Positions 1 to 8,460 of a DNA stretch of 25,337 bases are shown here, piece after piece. The stretch comes from Leidyana gryllorum EB-2025a (taxonomy: Eukaryota > Protista > Apicomplexa): the NCBI GenBank assembly GCA_048772705.1, contig JBLWGC010000054.1, positions 1 to 25,337 on the forward strand. Direction: 5' to 3'. Positions within the stretch are counted from its first letter, which is position 1. Each line of letters begins with the position of its first letter. The position numbers and the translations under genes were made by a program. The notes under the pieces were generated by a model. That model worked only from the letters and a program-made list of their open reading frames with translations. It did not search any database and was not told where the DNA came from.

Positions 1-22
1 GTTTGGAACGGGAGATGGTTTC

Positions 23-94
23 GGGCCTATGGCGCAACGGTAGCGCGTCTGACTCCAGATCAGAAGGTTGGGTGTTCGAATCACTCTGGGCTCA
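23..94 (+). tRNA. tRNA-Trp(CCA)
   Basis: Full cloverleaf; GGGCCTA/TGGGCTC acceptor, TCTGA-CTCCAGA-TCAGA anticodon arm. Confidence 0.93.
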
Positions 95-274
95 ATCAGA
101 CTTTATGTTCTTCTCGTATGGGGCGCAACCAAGAATGGGATTCGGACGCACGCCCAGTCGGCGCTTCGCCGTCACATACGTCCCTGCGAGTGCTACAGCT
201 GTCCGCCCGTGTCTAATTGGCACTGGAGTTCAACGGCGTAGAATTCTAGTGAGTCAGCCATGTGCTATGTCCTC

Positions 275-345
275 TGCATCTGCCGGGAATCGAAAACGGG
301 TCGTCTCGATGGCAACGAGACATTCTACCAATAGACCACAGATGC
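275..345 (-). pseudogene. tRNA-Gly(GCC) degenerate copy
   Basis: Matches 2946-3016 but T-stem broken (CCGTT vs CCCGG). Confidence 0.75.
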
Positions 346-412
346 AGATCACGATCTTGCTGCATCTTGTAGGTGGTGACAACCGTTGTTAGAGAGCCTA
401 TCGATGCATCAA

Positions 413-484
413 AGCCTTCTGTCGGAATCGAGCCGCCGACTTCTCGCTCGCGAAGCAAACGCTCTGCCCCTCAATTAAGACGGC
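413..484 (-). pseudogene. tRNA-Thr-derived pseudogene
   Basis: Thr family body with many substitutions in all arms. Confidence 0.7.
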
Positions 485-560
485 AATCCAAGCAGGAAAT
501 TACGCATCTATTCTCATTGAGGGAGCTTACTGAAGGACTGTGATCGGATAGTCCGAGGAC

Positions 561-615
561 TTCCACTGCCGGGACTTGAACCCGGACCGTGCGAGGAGAG
601 CCGCATATCCTAGCC
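561..615 (-). pseudogene. 5'-truncated tRNA-Glu(CTC)
   Basis: 3' three-quarters of Glu; 5' acceptor/D strand replaced; same junction at ~10484. Confidence 0.75.
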
Positions 616-720
616 GGTCGCAGCCATACCCTCAGGTGATCGAGACAGCGCCTGCCTTATTAGCTTAGGGGCCGAACGCTCGACGGGCGCGAATAGTGAC
701 ACCAGATGTCACAATCTCTC

Positions 721-793
721 TGCCTCGGCCGTGGATCGAACACGGGACTTCCAGATCTTCAGTCTGGCGCTCTCCCAACTGAGCTACCGAGGC
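721..793 (-). tRNA. tRNA-Phe(GAA)
   Basis: Perfect cloverleaf GCCTCGG...CCGAGGCA, loop CTGAAGA. Confidence 0.95.
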
Positions 794-881
794 ACTAAAA
801 AGTCTTGAAACGCGGTGAAAATAAGCACTCGCCGCAGCCGCATCTGGGGCCACTCCTCGCGGCATCCCGAGTTCGACAGTT

Positions 882-950
882 GCCAACTTGCCCGAGTGGG
901 AGGGGTGGTGGATTTGAATTCTATTGGGCCTGGTCCGCGCGGGTGCATGC
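882..950 (+). pseudogene. tRNA-Ser-derived remnant
   Basis: CAACTTGCCCGAGTGG...TGGGCCTGGTCCGCGC resembles Ser family; 3' end lost. Confidence 0.6.
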
Positions 951-1167
951 TTTGGGCGAGAGCCGTACCATCCTGAAAAGCAGTGGGATGTCAGGTCAAC
1001 ACCAAAATTAGCTTTTCTGGGAATCGGATCCATTTCTCTTTCCATTCTGACAGGGATACCACCGCTAGACCAAATAGCCGAATACTTGGATGCATGCAAC
1101 CGGATATACAGATAGAGATTCGAATCTACCGTAGCTTTTCCAGCCTATTCTCGAGGATGATCACCGT

Positions 1168-1251
1168 TGCACAGAATGGCATTCGAACCCATGCAGACTT
1201 GCGCCTACCAGAACTTGAGTCTGGCCCCTTAGACCACTCGGGCATCTGTGC
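1168..1251 (-). tRNA. tRNA-Leu(CAA)
   Basis: Long variable arm, loop CTCAAGT; one T-stem mismatch (C61>G). Confidence 0.82.
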
Positions 1252-1345
1252 GTTACTTTCTTTCTGAGTTCCTGAGTGTTAATGGCTTCCGTTGCGACGT
1301 CGATGTCGTTCTGGGTGCAGTGTACCGCCCCGGAGTACTCTTACG

Positions 1346-1426
1346 CCCCGAGTTGCTTAGATGGCAACGCACGTGATTGTAGTGGTGGCATCAAATATTC
1401 GACGACCAAATTCCGTCCCGCCGGGA
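1346..1426 (+). pseudogene. tRNA-Tyr-derived pseudogene retaining intron remnant
   Basis: TGATTGTAGTGGTGGCATCA and TTCCGTCCCGCCGG align to Tyr at 24478-24557. Confidence 0.6.
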
Positions 1427-1525
1427 GCTGAGGAGTGGACTCCTTACAACGTAGTTCGTCTGACACTGCTGTTCCATTCCATCCTGATCGATGCTTCGCT
1501 ACCTGTACAGCCTCGCTCAAAGATT

Positions 1526-1597
1526 GTCCGAGTCGTCTAGTGGTTAGGACAGCACGTTGTGGCCGTGCAAACCCAGGCTCGATTCCTGGCTCGGACA
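1526..1597 (+). tRNA. tRNA-His(GTG)
   Basis: All stems pair; loop TTGTGGC; T54>C variant; no encoded G-1. Confidence 0.85.
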
Positions 1598-1672
1598 AGC
1601 AGTCCAAAGTGCATTGCTCTTCGCCCCGGTTGAAAACATTGTTGCAGCCATGGTCAAGTCTGTACGATCGGC

Positions 1673-1731
1673 TGCACCTGCCGGGGCTTGGAGCAAGGGA
1701 AGCTCGCATCCTACTCTTGGACCACAAGTGC
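1673..1731 (-). pseudogene. tRNA-Gly(TCC)-derived remnant
   Basis: Ends match 22163-22233; internal deletion. Confidence 0.6.
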
Positions 1732-1929
1732 ACTCGAGAGAGAGTTTCAGCACCCCGAGACTCGGCGGCAGTCTGCGTTGAGCTAGTGGGTGCCTCAGGT
1801 ACTGGCAGGTTCCAGTCTGCGACTTTGTGGCTAAGAGACTTACCCTCTGGTGGCTGAGCTACGAGGCTCGGCTAAGATGAGTGGAGCTTGAGAGACTTAA
1901 GCTTTGCAGGTGCCCAGTCGATGCAGTCA

Positions 1930-2001
1930 AGCCTTCTGCCGGAATCGAACCAGCGACCTTTCGCTTACAAAGCGAATGCTCTGCCCCTAAGCTAAGGAGG
2001 C
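1930..2001 (-). tRNA. tRNA-Thr(TGT)
   Basis: Cloverleaf, loop TTTGTAA; one acceptor mismatch. Confidence 0.87.
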
Positions 2002-2065
2002 ATTCCCTGTCTCGACCCATATGAGTTTTTGATGCTGGGAATTGCATCATTTCCACCACATCGCT

Positions 2066-2147
2066 CGACAACTGCTGGATTTGAACCAGCGCGGGCCAGG
2101 CCCAGTAGATTTCTAGTCTACCCCCTTAACCACTCGGGCAAGTTGCC
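2066..2147 (-). tRNA. tRNA-Ser(AGA)
   Basis: Cloverleaf with GGGC-CTG-GCCC variable arm, loop CTAGAAA, G73. Confidence 0.94.
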
Positions 2148-2206
2148 ACCTGTCGGACTTGTCATCTTGCGCCCTGTGGCTTCAACGATTCAGCAAGCTT
2201 GAGTCG

Positions 2207-2279
2207 GACTGCTCGCGCTGCCCGAAGCCGCGGTCTCCTTATTGAAAGTCTAGGGGTCTACCGACGGAGCTGGCGCGGC
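2207..2279 (-). pseudogene. Lys-derived tRNA-like element (recurrent, upstream of Ser)
   Basis: Aligns to Lys family; anticodon stem unpaired. Confidence 0.65.
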
Positions 2280-2379
2280 AAGGAAGCTCGGACTTAGTAA
2301 CTAGTTTCTCCCGTATTGGTCGCAGAATGTTGGGGCTTCCTCACGTCCAGGGCAACTATTTATCAGAGATCCACTCACT

Positions 2380-2453
2380 TGGTCACGCCCGGGCTCGAAC
2401 CGGGGACCTTGAGCTTATTAGGCTCACGCTCTAACCGACTGAGCTACGCGACC
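2380..2453 (-). tRNA. tRNA-Ile(AAT)
   Basis: Full cloverleaf, loop CTAATAA. Confidence 0.94.
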
Positions 2454-2633
2454 ACTTCTGCGACGACAGATGGCACCGACCCCGATGCTGGATCCCCCCT
2501 GAGCTAGAATCAAACATCAGAGCCATTCAGACACTGGCAAGAAGCTGTAGACGGCGCAAAGCGCTGCAAGGGCGTCGGCCCGAATCCCACTCTTCTCAGG
2601 TTGCGCCCCATACGGGAAGAACATGAGGTCTAA

Positions 2634-2698
2634 TTGAGTGATTCGAACGCCCAATTTTCTAAGCTGAAGTCAGACCCGCTATGTTCCGCCATAGGCCC
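2634..2698 (-). pseudogene. tRNA-Trp-derived pseudogene with TCA anticodon
   Basis: Trp body, loop CTTCAGC; 3' acceptor strand deleted. Confidence 0.7.
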
Positions 2699-2767
2699 CG
2701 CTCCAGACTCATTGCATCGTGATCAGGAATGGAGATCCAACATCTTTGAGCGTTTCAGGTCATCTTC

Positions 2768-2841
2768 AGAGCACGCGCGGAGTTGAACCACGGGCTTGCG
2801 CTGATATGCAGTCAGCTGCCATACCACTGAGCTATCTACCC
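2768..2841 (-). pseudogene. tRNA-Cys(GCA) degenerate copy
   Basis: Matches 22384-22455 with D-arm and acceptor changes and a 2-nt insertion. Confidence 0.72.
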
Positions 2842-2945
2842 ACCAAACACCCGTCATACTCGCTCAACCCAGTTTTATGATTCCATTCGTTCAGAAAAAT
2901 AAAAACGGCCGTTACCGTGTACGAGCTTCAACAACAAGGTGTTAC

Positions 2946-3016
2946 GCATCTGTGGTCTAGTGGTAGAATGTCTCGTTGCCATCGAGACGACCCGGGTTCG
3001 ATTCCCGGCAGATGCA
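2946..3016 (+). tRNA. tRNA-Gly(GCC)
   Basis: Cloverleaf GCATCTG/CAGATGC, loop TTGCCAT. Confidence 0.94.
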
Positions 3017-3080
3017 GAGGAGATGGCATATGGTTGAGTTTTATGCGTGAGTTGGTGTTTGACCCTCCGATCACATCGCA

Positions 3081-3162
3081 CGACAACTGCTGGATTTGAA
3101 CCAGCGCGGGCCAGGCCCAGTAGATTTCGAGTCTACCCCCTTAACCACTCGGGCAAGTTGCC
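3081..3162 (-). tRNA. tRNA-Ser(CGA)
   Basis: Same body as Ser(AGA), loop CTCGAAA. Confidence 0.93.
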
Positions 3163-3224
3163 AATCGTCGAACTCGGCATTCCGCAGACAGTGGCTTCAC
3201 ATACGGTTCAGCAAGCTTGACTCG

Positions 3225-3297
3225 GACCGCTCGCGCTGCCCGAACCCGCGGTCTCTCCATTGAAAGTCTTGCGCGCTACCGACGGAGCTGGCGCGGC
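3225..3297 (-). pseudogene. Lys-derived tRNA-like element
   Basis: GCCGCGCCAGCTCCGTCGGTAG...GCGGGTTCGG; upstream of Ser. Confidence 0.65.
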
Positions 3298-3464
3298 AAG
3301 GAAGCTCGTCCTGTACCTGGGGAGGCCCAAGATTCCACGATCAATACAAATGGAATTGGTTACTATCTGTATCAGAGATCCACTCACTTGATCATGCCGA
3401 CATTCCATATCCATATTTTTCAAGACGGTACGGCTCTCGGCCGAAGCCCCAACTCAACAACTCG

Positions 3465-3537
3465 TCCACTGTAGTCTAAGTGGCTAGGATATGCGGCTTT
3501 CACCCGCACGATCCGGGTTCAAGTCCCGGCAGTGGAA
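3465..3537 (+). tRNA. tRNA-Glu(TTC)
   Basis: Full cloverleaf, loop CTTTCAC. Confidence 0.94.
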
Positions 3538-3613
3538 GTCATTGGACCATTCGAGCAAAGTGCTCCAGTAACCTCCGTCAATAGTGACTGACTCGTGATC
3601 TTTGGCTTGCATT

Positions 3614-3685
3614 GCCTTCTTAGCTTAGGGGCAGAGCATTCGCTTAGTAAGCGAAAGGTCGCCGGTTCGATTCCGGCAGAAGGCT
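3614..3685 (+). tRNA. tRNA-Thr(AGT)
   Basis: Full cloverleaf, loop TTAGTAA. Confidence 0.94.
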
Positions 3686-3730
3686 TTGGTCACGACCCAA
3701 TCAATTCTATAGCTCCCTCCTGCGCACACT

Positions 3731-3802
3731 TAGCAGTGCGTCGTTTCGATCGACGGACCTTTGGGTTATGAGCCCAACACTCTTCCACTGAGCTACACTG
3801 CT
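3731..3802 (-). tRNA. initiator tRNA-Met(CAT)
   Basis: A1:U72, three G-C pairs in anticodon stem, T-loop ATCGAAA. Confidence 0.95.
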
Positions 3803-3935
3803 TAGTCTGCAACATGGAAGAAGGAGCCGGAATGCGATTCTTGAGATGTTAATTGCCTTGAGTGCCGAAGTGGCAACGAGGTGGCTGTGTTACTTCTAAA
3901 ACTGCTTATCCCATCGGGTCAACCGACAACCAAGA

Positions 3936-4007
3936 GGGCTGTTCTGGGAATTGAACCCAGGACTCCTTCCACCCTAAGGAAGGATCATACCACTAGACCA
4001 AACAGCC
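3936..4007 (-). tRNA. tRNA-Pro(AGG)
   Basis: Full cloverleaf, loop TTAGGGT. Confidence 0.93.
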
Positions 4008-4096
4008 GCCTGTCGGTCGTGCAACCCGGTGAGCACAGTCGCGAGAGTGGTCATACTATGTTGAGAATCAACAAAATGCGACGGGGTCTGCACAGC

Positions 4097-4169
4097 GGGG
4101 GACTAGCTCAAATGGTGAAGCGCTCGCTTAGCGTGCGAGAGGTACTGGGATCGATGCCCAGGTCGTCCA
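4097..4169 (+). tRNA. tRNA-Ala(AGC) variant, possibly non-functional
   Basis: Ala body with G3:U70; mismatches in acceptor and D stems. Confidence 0.68.
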
Positions 4170-4450
4170 AACTTCGTAGTCTGCAAGTGCCGCTTTTTTA
4201 CTACAGAGTTGAAAGCTTTCAAGTGTGCCCTTTACCCTTGGCTAGACTCGGGCACCGCAGTATGTGTGAAGGTTGCCTCAGAGCCCGGATTTCCGAGTTT
4301 GCATTTTACAATCACACACTCTGCCGACTAAGATACCAGAGTCAGTTACAATATTTCAAAGGTCAGTAGAGAGACGCGTGTTGCATGTGTCCAGTTGAGG
4401 GAGCGCTAGCCCGGATGGCTCTACCAACTCTTTTTTGGGAAGGACTGATC

Positions 4451-4522
4451 GGTTACTTGGTGTAGTGGTTAGCACTGGGCACTCTAAATCTCCCGACCTA
4501 GGTTCGATTCCCGGAGCAACCT
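4451..4522 (+). pseudogene. tRNA-Gln-derived gene with CTA anticodon
   Basis: Full-length Gln body, loop CTCTAAA; single mismatches in acceptor, anticodon and T stems. Confidence 0.72.
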
Positions 4523-4577
4523 CAAAACTAGTCCTCACTTTTTCGTGAAACCTCGCCACTTCTCTTGGACCTTCGCC

Positions 4578-4650
4578 GCAGCCATGATCTAGTGGTCACC
4601 ACGTTTGCTTAACACGCAGAAGGTCCCGAGTTCGATCCTCGGTGGCTGTA
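4578..4650 (+). tRNA. tRNA-Val(AAC) variant, D-stem degraded
   Basis: Loop TTAACAC; acceptor and T arms intact. Confidence 0.68.
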
Positions 4651-4871
4651 GCTCGCAACTTTCAGCGACACCCAAATGAGACAATCTTAAGCGGAATCAA
4701 CTGTGCTCTGAAACCAAGCATCGAATCCGGGTATTCCGCGTGACAGGCGGAAATACTGACCAAACTTTTGGGGTTGAAGTCCGGCGCGTTGACGAGCGTC
4801 CGAGATGAAATAGTTCCTTCTCGAGACTTCACGGGCACAAAACATGCCATGTGGCGAGCCAAGAACACGGC

Positions 4872-4946
4872 GGCAAGATGGCCGGGTGGTCTGAAGCGCT
4901 GTGTTCAGGCCGCAGTTCTAAATCGCGTGGGCTCTCACGCTTGTCA
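4872..4946 (+). pseudogene. tRNA-Leu(CAG) pseudogene
   Basis: Matches 22013-22092 with T-loop deleted. Confidence 0.68.
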
Positions 4947-5018
4947 TGCATACTATGTCAAAAACCACGGAATGCTATGACGTCTGCACAGCGGGCGACT
5001 AGCTCAACGCTGGATTGT

Positions 5019-5089
5019 GCATCTGTGGTCTAGTGGTAGAATGTCTCGTTGCCACCGAGACGACCCAGGTTCGATTCCCGACAGACGCA
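5019..5089 (+). pseudogene. tRNA-Gly(GCC) degenerate copy
   Basis: Two T-stem mismatches and one acceptor mismatch. Confidence 0.7.
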
Positions 5090-5233
5090 GGAGGCACGCC
5101 TCAAACCGCCGTGGCAAATTAACAGAAACGCTAACAAGCTTGGTCGGCACGAGGCCGGGGCATTCTGACACTTGATGTAACAACCCCCTGACATAGAATC
5201 GAATGTGAGTTACGCGGTGGCACGGCGGTGATC

Positions 5234-5307
5234 GCTCCCCTAGCTCAGCTGGTTAGAGCATCGGCCTTATGTGCCGAAGGTCGAGGGTTCGATCCCCCCG
5301 GGGAGCA
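5234..5307 (+). tRNA. tRNA-Ile(TAT), intronless
   Basis: GCTCCCC/GGGGAGC acceptor, loop CTTATGT; one T-stem mismatch. Confidence 0.85.
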
Positions 5308-5448
5308 AATCCACCCAATGACAGCCGAACGCGACCGCCGAGTACTCCAGCATTTGACACCTATGAGTGCCCTGGCCGGGCAGGCCGACCAGGAGGCTGT
5401 TTGACCTTCAGGTATCATTCTCCCTCGCTTGGAAGAACGTTGCAAGTG

Positions 5449-5502
5449 GGTGTTGTAGCTCAGTCGGCAGAGTCTACCCCCTAACCACTCGGGCAAGTTG
5501 CC
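5449..5502. pseudogene. Inverted fusion of Asn 5' part (+) and Ser 5' part (-)
   Basis: GTAGCTCAGTCGGCAGAG runs straight into TCTACCCCCTAACCACTCGGGCAAGTTGCC. Confidence 0.8.
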
Positions 5503-5725
5503 ACCTCCAACTGGGCATCTTGCGCCCAGTGCCGTCACATACGGTTCAGCAAGCTCGACTCGGACGTCTCGCGCTGCCCGAACCTGCGGTCTCCCCTTGC
5601 GCTCTACCGAGGGACTTGGGGCGGCGACGAAGCTCGGACTTAGTAACAAATTCCATTCGTATTGATCGTTGAATCTTGGGCCTTCCTCGGGTACAGGGCG
5701 AAGCTGTATCAGAGATGCACTCACT

Positions 5726-5799
5726 TGGTCACGGCCGGACTCCAACCGGGGACTCAGAACTTATTAGGCTCACGCTATGGCTGCCTGAAATACGCGACC
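5726..5799 (-). pseudogene. tRNA-Ile(AAT) pseudogene
   Basis: Heavily substituted D and T arms. Confidence 0.72.
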
Positions 5800-6043
5800 G
5801 CTTCAGAGTTGAGGTCAACAGTCACTAGCCGAAGGAGCCGACTGATGTGTTCAGCAAAGCCTTATGATTGGTACTGAACCGGCCACTCCGACCTTCGTCC
5901 ACCCCGCCAAGCAGTCATTCCAAAGGCAAATACTGACATCGAGAAGGGGGTGTACCTACACCACTAACAGTCCCACACGCGAATCCCGACCGAAGGTGCG
6001 CTGGTCCGGATGGCTGTACCGACTCTTTTAGGATGGGCTGAAT

Positions 6044-6115
6044 GGTTGCGTGGCGTAGTGGTTAGCACTGGAGACTTTGAATCTCCCGACCTGGGTTCGA
6101 TTCCCGGCGCGACCT
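6044..6115 (+). tRNA. tRNA-Gln(TTG)
   Basis: Cloverleaf, loop CTTTGAA; one D-stem mismatch. Confidence 0.87.
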
Positions 6116-6159
6116 TGGAACTGGTCCTCACTACCTCGTGAAACTTCGCCACTCCTCAT

Positions 6160-6298
6160 GCAGCCACGGTCTAGTGGTTACGACGTCTGCTTAACACGCA
6201 GAAAGTCCGAGGTGAATCCTCGGTGGCTGTAGCTCCCACGGTCTAGTGGTTACGACGTCTGCTGAACACGCAGAAAGTCCGAGGTGAATCCTCGGTGG
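6160..6298 (+). pseudogene. Tandem duplication (72-bp period) of tRNA-Val(AAC) with altered T-loop
   Basis: CCACGGTCTAGTGG...CCTCGGTGG at 6164 and 6236; T-loop GTGAATC. Confidence 0.8.
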
Positions 6299-6357
6299 TG
6301 TACCTCCTAACTTTCAGCGAGAACCAGGGGAGACAATCTTAAGCGAAACCACCTGTG

Positions 6358-6429
6358 CTCCGAGACCGGGAATCGAACCCGGGTCTTCCGCATGACAGGC
6401 GGAAATACTAACCGCTATACTATCTCGAA
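6358..6429 (-). tRNA. tRNA-Asp(GTC)
   Basis: Cloverleaf, loop CTGTCAT. Confidence 0.88.
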
Positions 6430-6523
6430 CGCTCTGGATACGCTGGCCCCCAACCCCAGAAGTTCTTCTATTTTGAGATTCCACGGATAGAAAACGCGTG
6501 GAGCGGCGAGCCAACAACATTTC

Positions 6524-6603
6524 GGCAAGATGGCCGAGTGGTCCAAGGCGCTGTGTTCGGGCCGCAGTCCGAAACGGCGTGGGTTCGAATCCCACTCTTG
6601 ACA
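6524..6603 (+). tRNA. tRNA-Leu body with CGG anticodon (variant or pseudogene)
   Basis: Near-identical to Leu(CAG) 22013-22092; loop TTCGGGC; 2:71 mismatch. Confidence 0.7.
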
Positions 6604-6611
6604 GCCGTTGT

Positions 6612-6980
6612 GTGGGCAGTCGGTCAGCCACTGGATGCAATAGGTCTTCCATTGATTTGATAGGCGGAACATCCGCCGAATCGCTGGTTCCGTCCCTAGT
6701 TGGATGCATTGGGTCCATAATCTATACTGATGGCTAATCTGGGTATTCTGAAGTTGGGTTTTGGTCTGGTAAGTGCCCGTAATTGAATTAGTTGTATTGG
6801 AATGTAATGAAAAATGAATAATAAAAACGTGTGTGTCGTGCTCGTTTCTCCCTTAACCAGGCTGGCACGTAGATCTAGCTTAACCTAAAGGCCTTAGGCC
6901 GTCATTGACTCTGGGGCTTAACTGAAAGAATGCAGATCAGGTTCAAAATGACGCATCATCCATGTAGAGCGGATGAGCGG
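6612..6980. other. Unique non-tRNA insert with AT-rich core
   Basis: No counterpart elsewhere in window; AATAAA near 6820; short hairpins at 6663-6677 and 6884-6898. Confidence 0.6.
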
Positions 6981-6982
6981 AT

Positions 6983-7055
6983 GGGCGGCTAGCTCAGATG
7001 GTAGAGCGCTCGCTTCGCATGCGAGAGGTACTGGGATCGATACCCAGGTCGTCCA
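6983..7055 (+). tRNA. tRNA-Ala(CGC)
   Basis: G3:U70, loop TTCGCAT, T-loop ATCGATA. Confidence 0.93.
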
Positions 7056-7170
7056 AAGTACGTACGGCTGCACGTGGCGGGATGCAAACAAACTTCCATC
7101 TTTGAAGCGTCGCAGACCACAAGTGCCATTGGCACACCAGCGCACTCAGTGTTTAGTGTGCCTCTGAAAC

Positions 7171-7243
7171 CGGTCCTGGCAGGTTTCGAACCTGCGACTT
7201 TGTGGTTAACAGCCACACGCTCTGCCGACTGAGCGACAAGACC
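7171..7243 (-). tRNA. tRNA-Asn(GTT)
   Basis: Cloverleaf, loop CTGTTAA; A9>C. Confidence 0.87.
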
Positions 7244-7360
7244 CAGATTCAATGGTTCAGAAATTAGTATAGAGATCCTCCTTTTTCTACAACAGGATTC
7301 TGCAACCACGTCTTGTCAAGAGGGTACGGCTCTCGGCTAAAGCTGCAGCTGAGGGACTTG

Positions 7361-7433
7361 TCCACTGTACTCTAAGTGGCTAGGATATGCGGCTTTCACC
7401 CGCACGATCCGGGTTCAAGTCCCGGCAGTGGAA
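7361..7433 (+). tRNA. tRNA-Glu(TTC)
   Basis: As 3465-3537; G10>C. Confidence 0.83.
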
Positions 7434-7482
7434 ATCCAGCAGAGTGTGGTTGTAGGTAACGGCTTCCAGAGACATTGATTTG

Positions 7483-7555
7483 CACCGCCCGCGGGGCTCG
7501 AACCCGCGACTGCAAGATTAAGAGTCTTGCGCTCTACCGACTGAGCTAGGGCGGC
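7483..7555 (-). tRNA. tRNA-Lys(CTT)
   Basis: Full cloverleaf, loop CTCTTAA. Confidence 0.94.
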
Positions 7556-7629
7556 AGGAATGCAAGGACACAAAACCCGATGGCCCGACATCTTAAGTGG
7601 CTTTGGTACCCACCAGCCTCTTGAAGATT

Positions 7630-7702
7630 GTCCGGGTCGTCTAGGTGCTTTCAACAGCAAGTTGTGGCCGTGCATACCCAGGCCCGAATCCTGGCTTGAG
7701 TA
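7630..7702 (+). pseudogene. tRNA-His(GTG) pseudogene (similar copies ~13190-13262, ~17461-17508, ~23763-23833)
   Basis: TTGTGGCCGTGC core kept; D, T and acceptor arms degraded. Confidence 0.7.
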
Positions 7703-7818
7703 TGTCCCCGATGTCTCGAATGGGAGATGTGGGTGAAGTGTGCACACCCACCATCGGGCGTAGCTGCCCATCTCCTGTCTTTATCGCTACACACTCCCAT
7801 TTGACGGCTCCGCTAGTC

Positions 7819-7891
7819 GGCGCTATGGCCTAATGGATATGGCATCGGTCTACGGAACCGGGGATTCTGGGTTCGAGTCCCAGTAGCGTCT
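7819..7891 (+). tRNA. tRNA-Arg(ACG)
   Basis: Cloverleaf, loop CTACGGA, A20. Confidence 0.92.
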
Positions 7892-7937
7892 GGGCGGATG
7901 GCCGAGTTGCAGCCTGTTGAGTCAACAACTATCAGAC

Positions 7938-8009
7938 GGGCTGTTCTGGGAATCGAACCCAGGACTCCTTCCACCCTAAGGAAAGATCATACCACTAGAC
8001 CAAACAGCC
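7938..8009 (-). tRNA. tRNA-Pro(AGG)
   Basis: Full cloverleaf. Confidence 0.9.
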
Positions 8010-8097
8010 GCCTGTCGGTCGTGCAAACCGCTGAGTACAGTTGAGAGGGTGGTTATACTATGTTGAGAACCAACACATGCGATGGGGTCTGCGCAAC

Positions 8098-8170
8098 GGG
8101 CGACTAGCTCAGATGGTAGAGCGCTCGCTTTGCATGCGAGAGGTACTGGGATCGATACCCAGGTTGTCCA
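8098..8170 (+). tRNA. tRNA-Ala(TGC)
   Basis: G3:U70, loop TTTGCAT. Confidence 0.92.
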
Positions 8171-8246
8171 AACTCAGTAGGCCGGCACCTGCCGTGGTTA
8201 GATACAGAGTTGCGACCTCTGAGAGAGAGTTGGACATCGCAGCTCC

Positions 8247-8319
8247 CGGCACTGCCAGGCTTCGAAACTGCGACTTTGTGGTGAACAGCTACACGCTTTG
8301 CCGACTGAGCTACAAGACC
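8247..8319 (-). pseudogene. tRNA-Asn pseudogene
   Basis: Multiple stem mismatches. Confidence 0.72.
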
Positions 8320-8460
8320 CAGTTGCAATGTTCTTTTGAGCGAGGAGAAATCATACCTTCAGACCAAACAGCCCCCTGGTCGGCCTGCCCAGCTACGGCA
8401 CTCATAGGTGTCAAATGCTGGACTACTCGGCGGTCGCGTTCGGCTGTCATTGGGTTGATT

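Larger units (their letters stand above)
5017..5799. repeat. Segmental duplication, direct copy at ~22549-23292; partial inverted copy within ~8298-8930
   Basis: Shared Gly-psi/Ile(TAT) spacers and Asn/Ser fusion. Confidence 0.88.
6983..7555. repeat. Ala-Asn-Glu-Lys cassette, direct copy at ~18371-18960, partial inverted copy at ~17569-17950
   Basis: Shared gene order and spacers. Confidence 0.88.

Noticed and set aside
2207-2279. tRNA-derived SINE
   Set aside because: No A-rich tail or target-site duplication; always in the same cassette context, so it spreads by segmental duplication
2634-2698. tRNA-Sec
   Set aside because: TCA anticodon sits in a short Trp-type body without the long variable arm or extended acceptor stem
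6609-6902. Solo LTR with GCCGT target-site duplication, or Helitron 3' end
   Set aside because: Segment would end in AG rather than CA, and the CTAG near the hairpin lacks the expected flanking T
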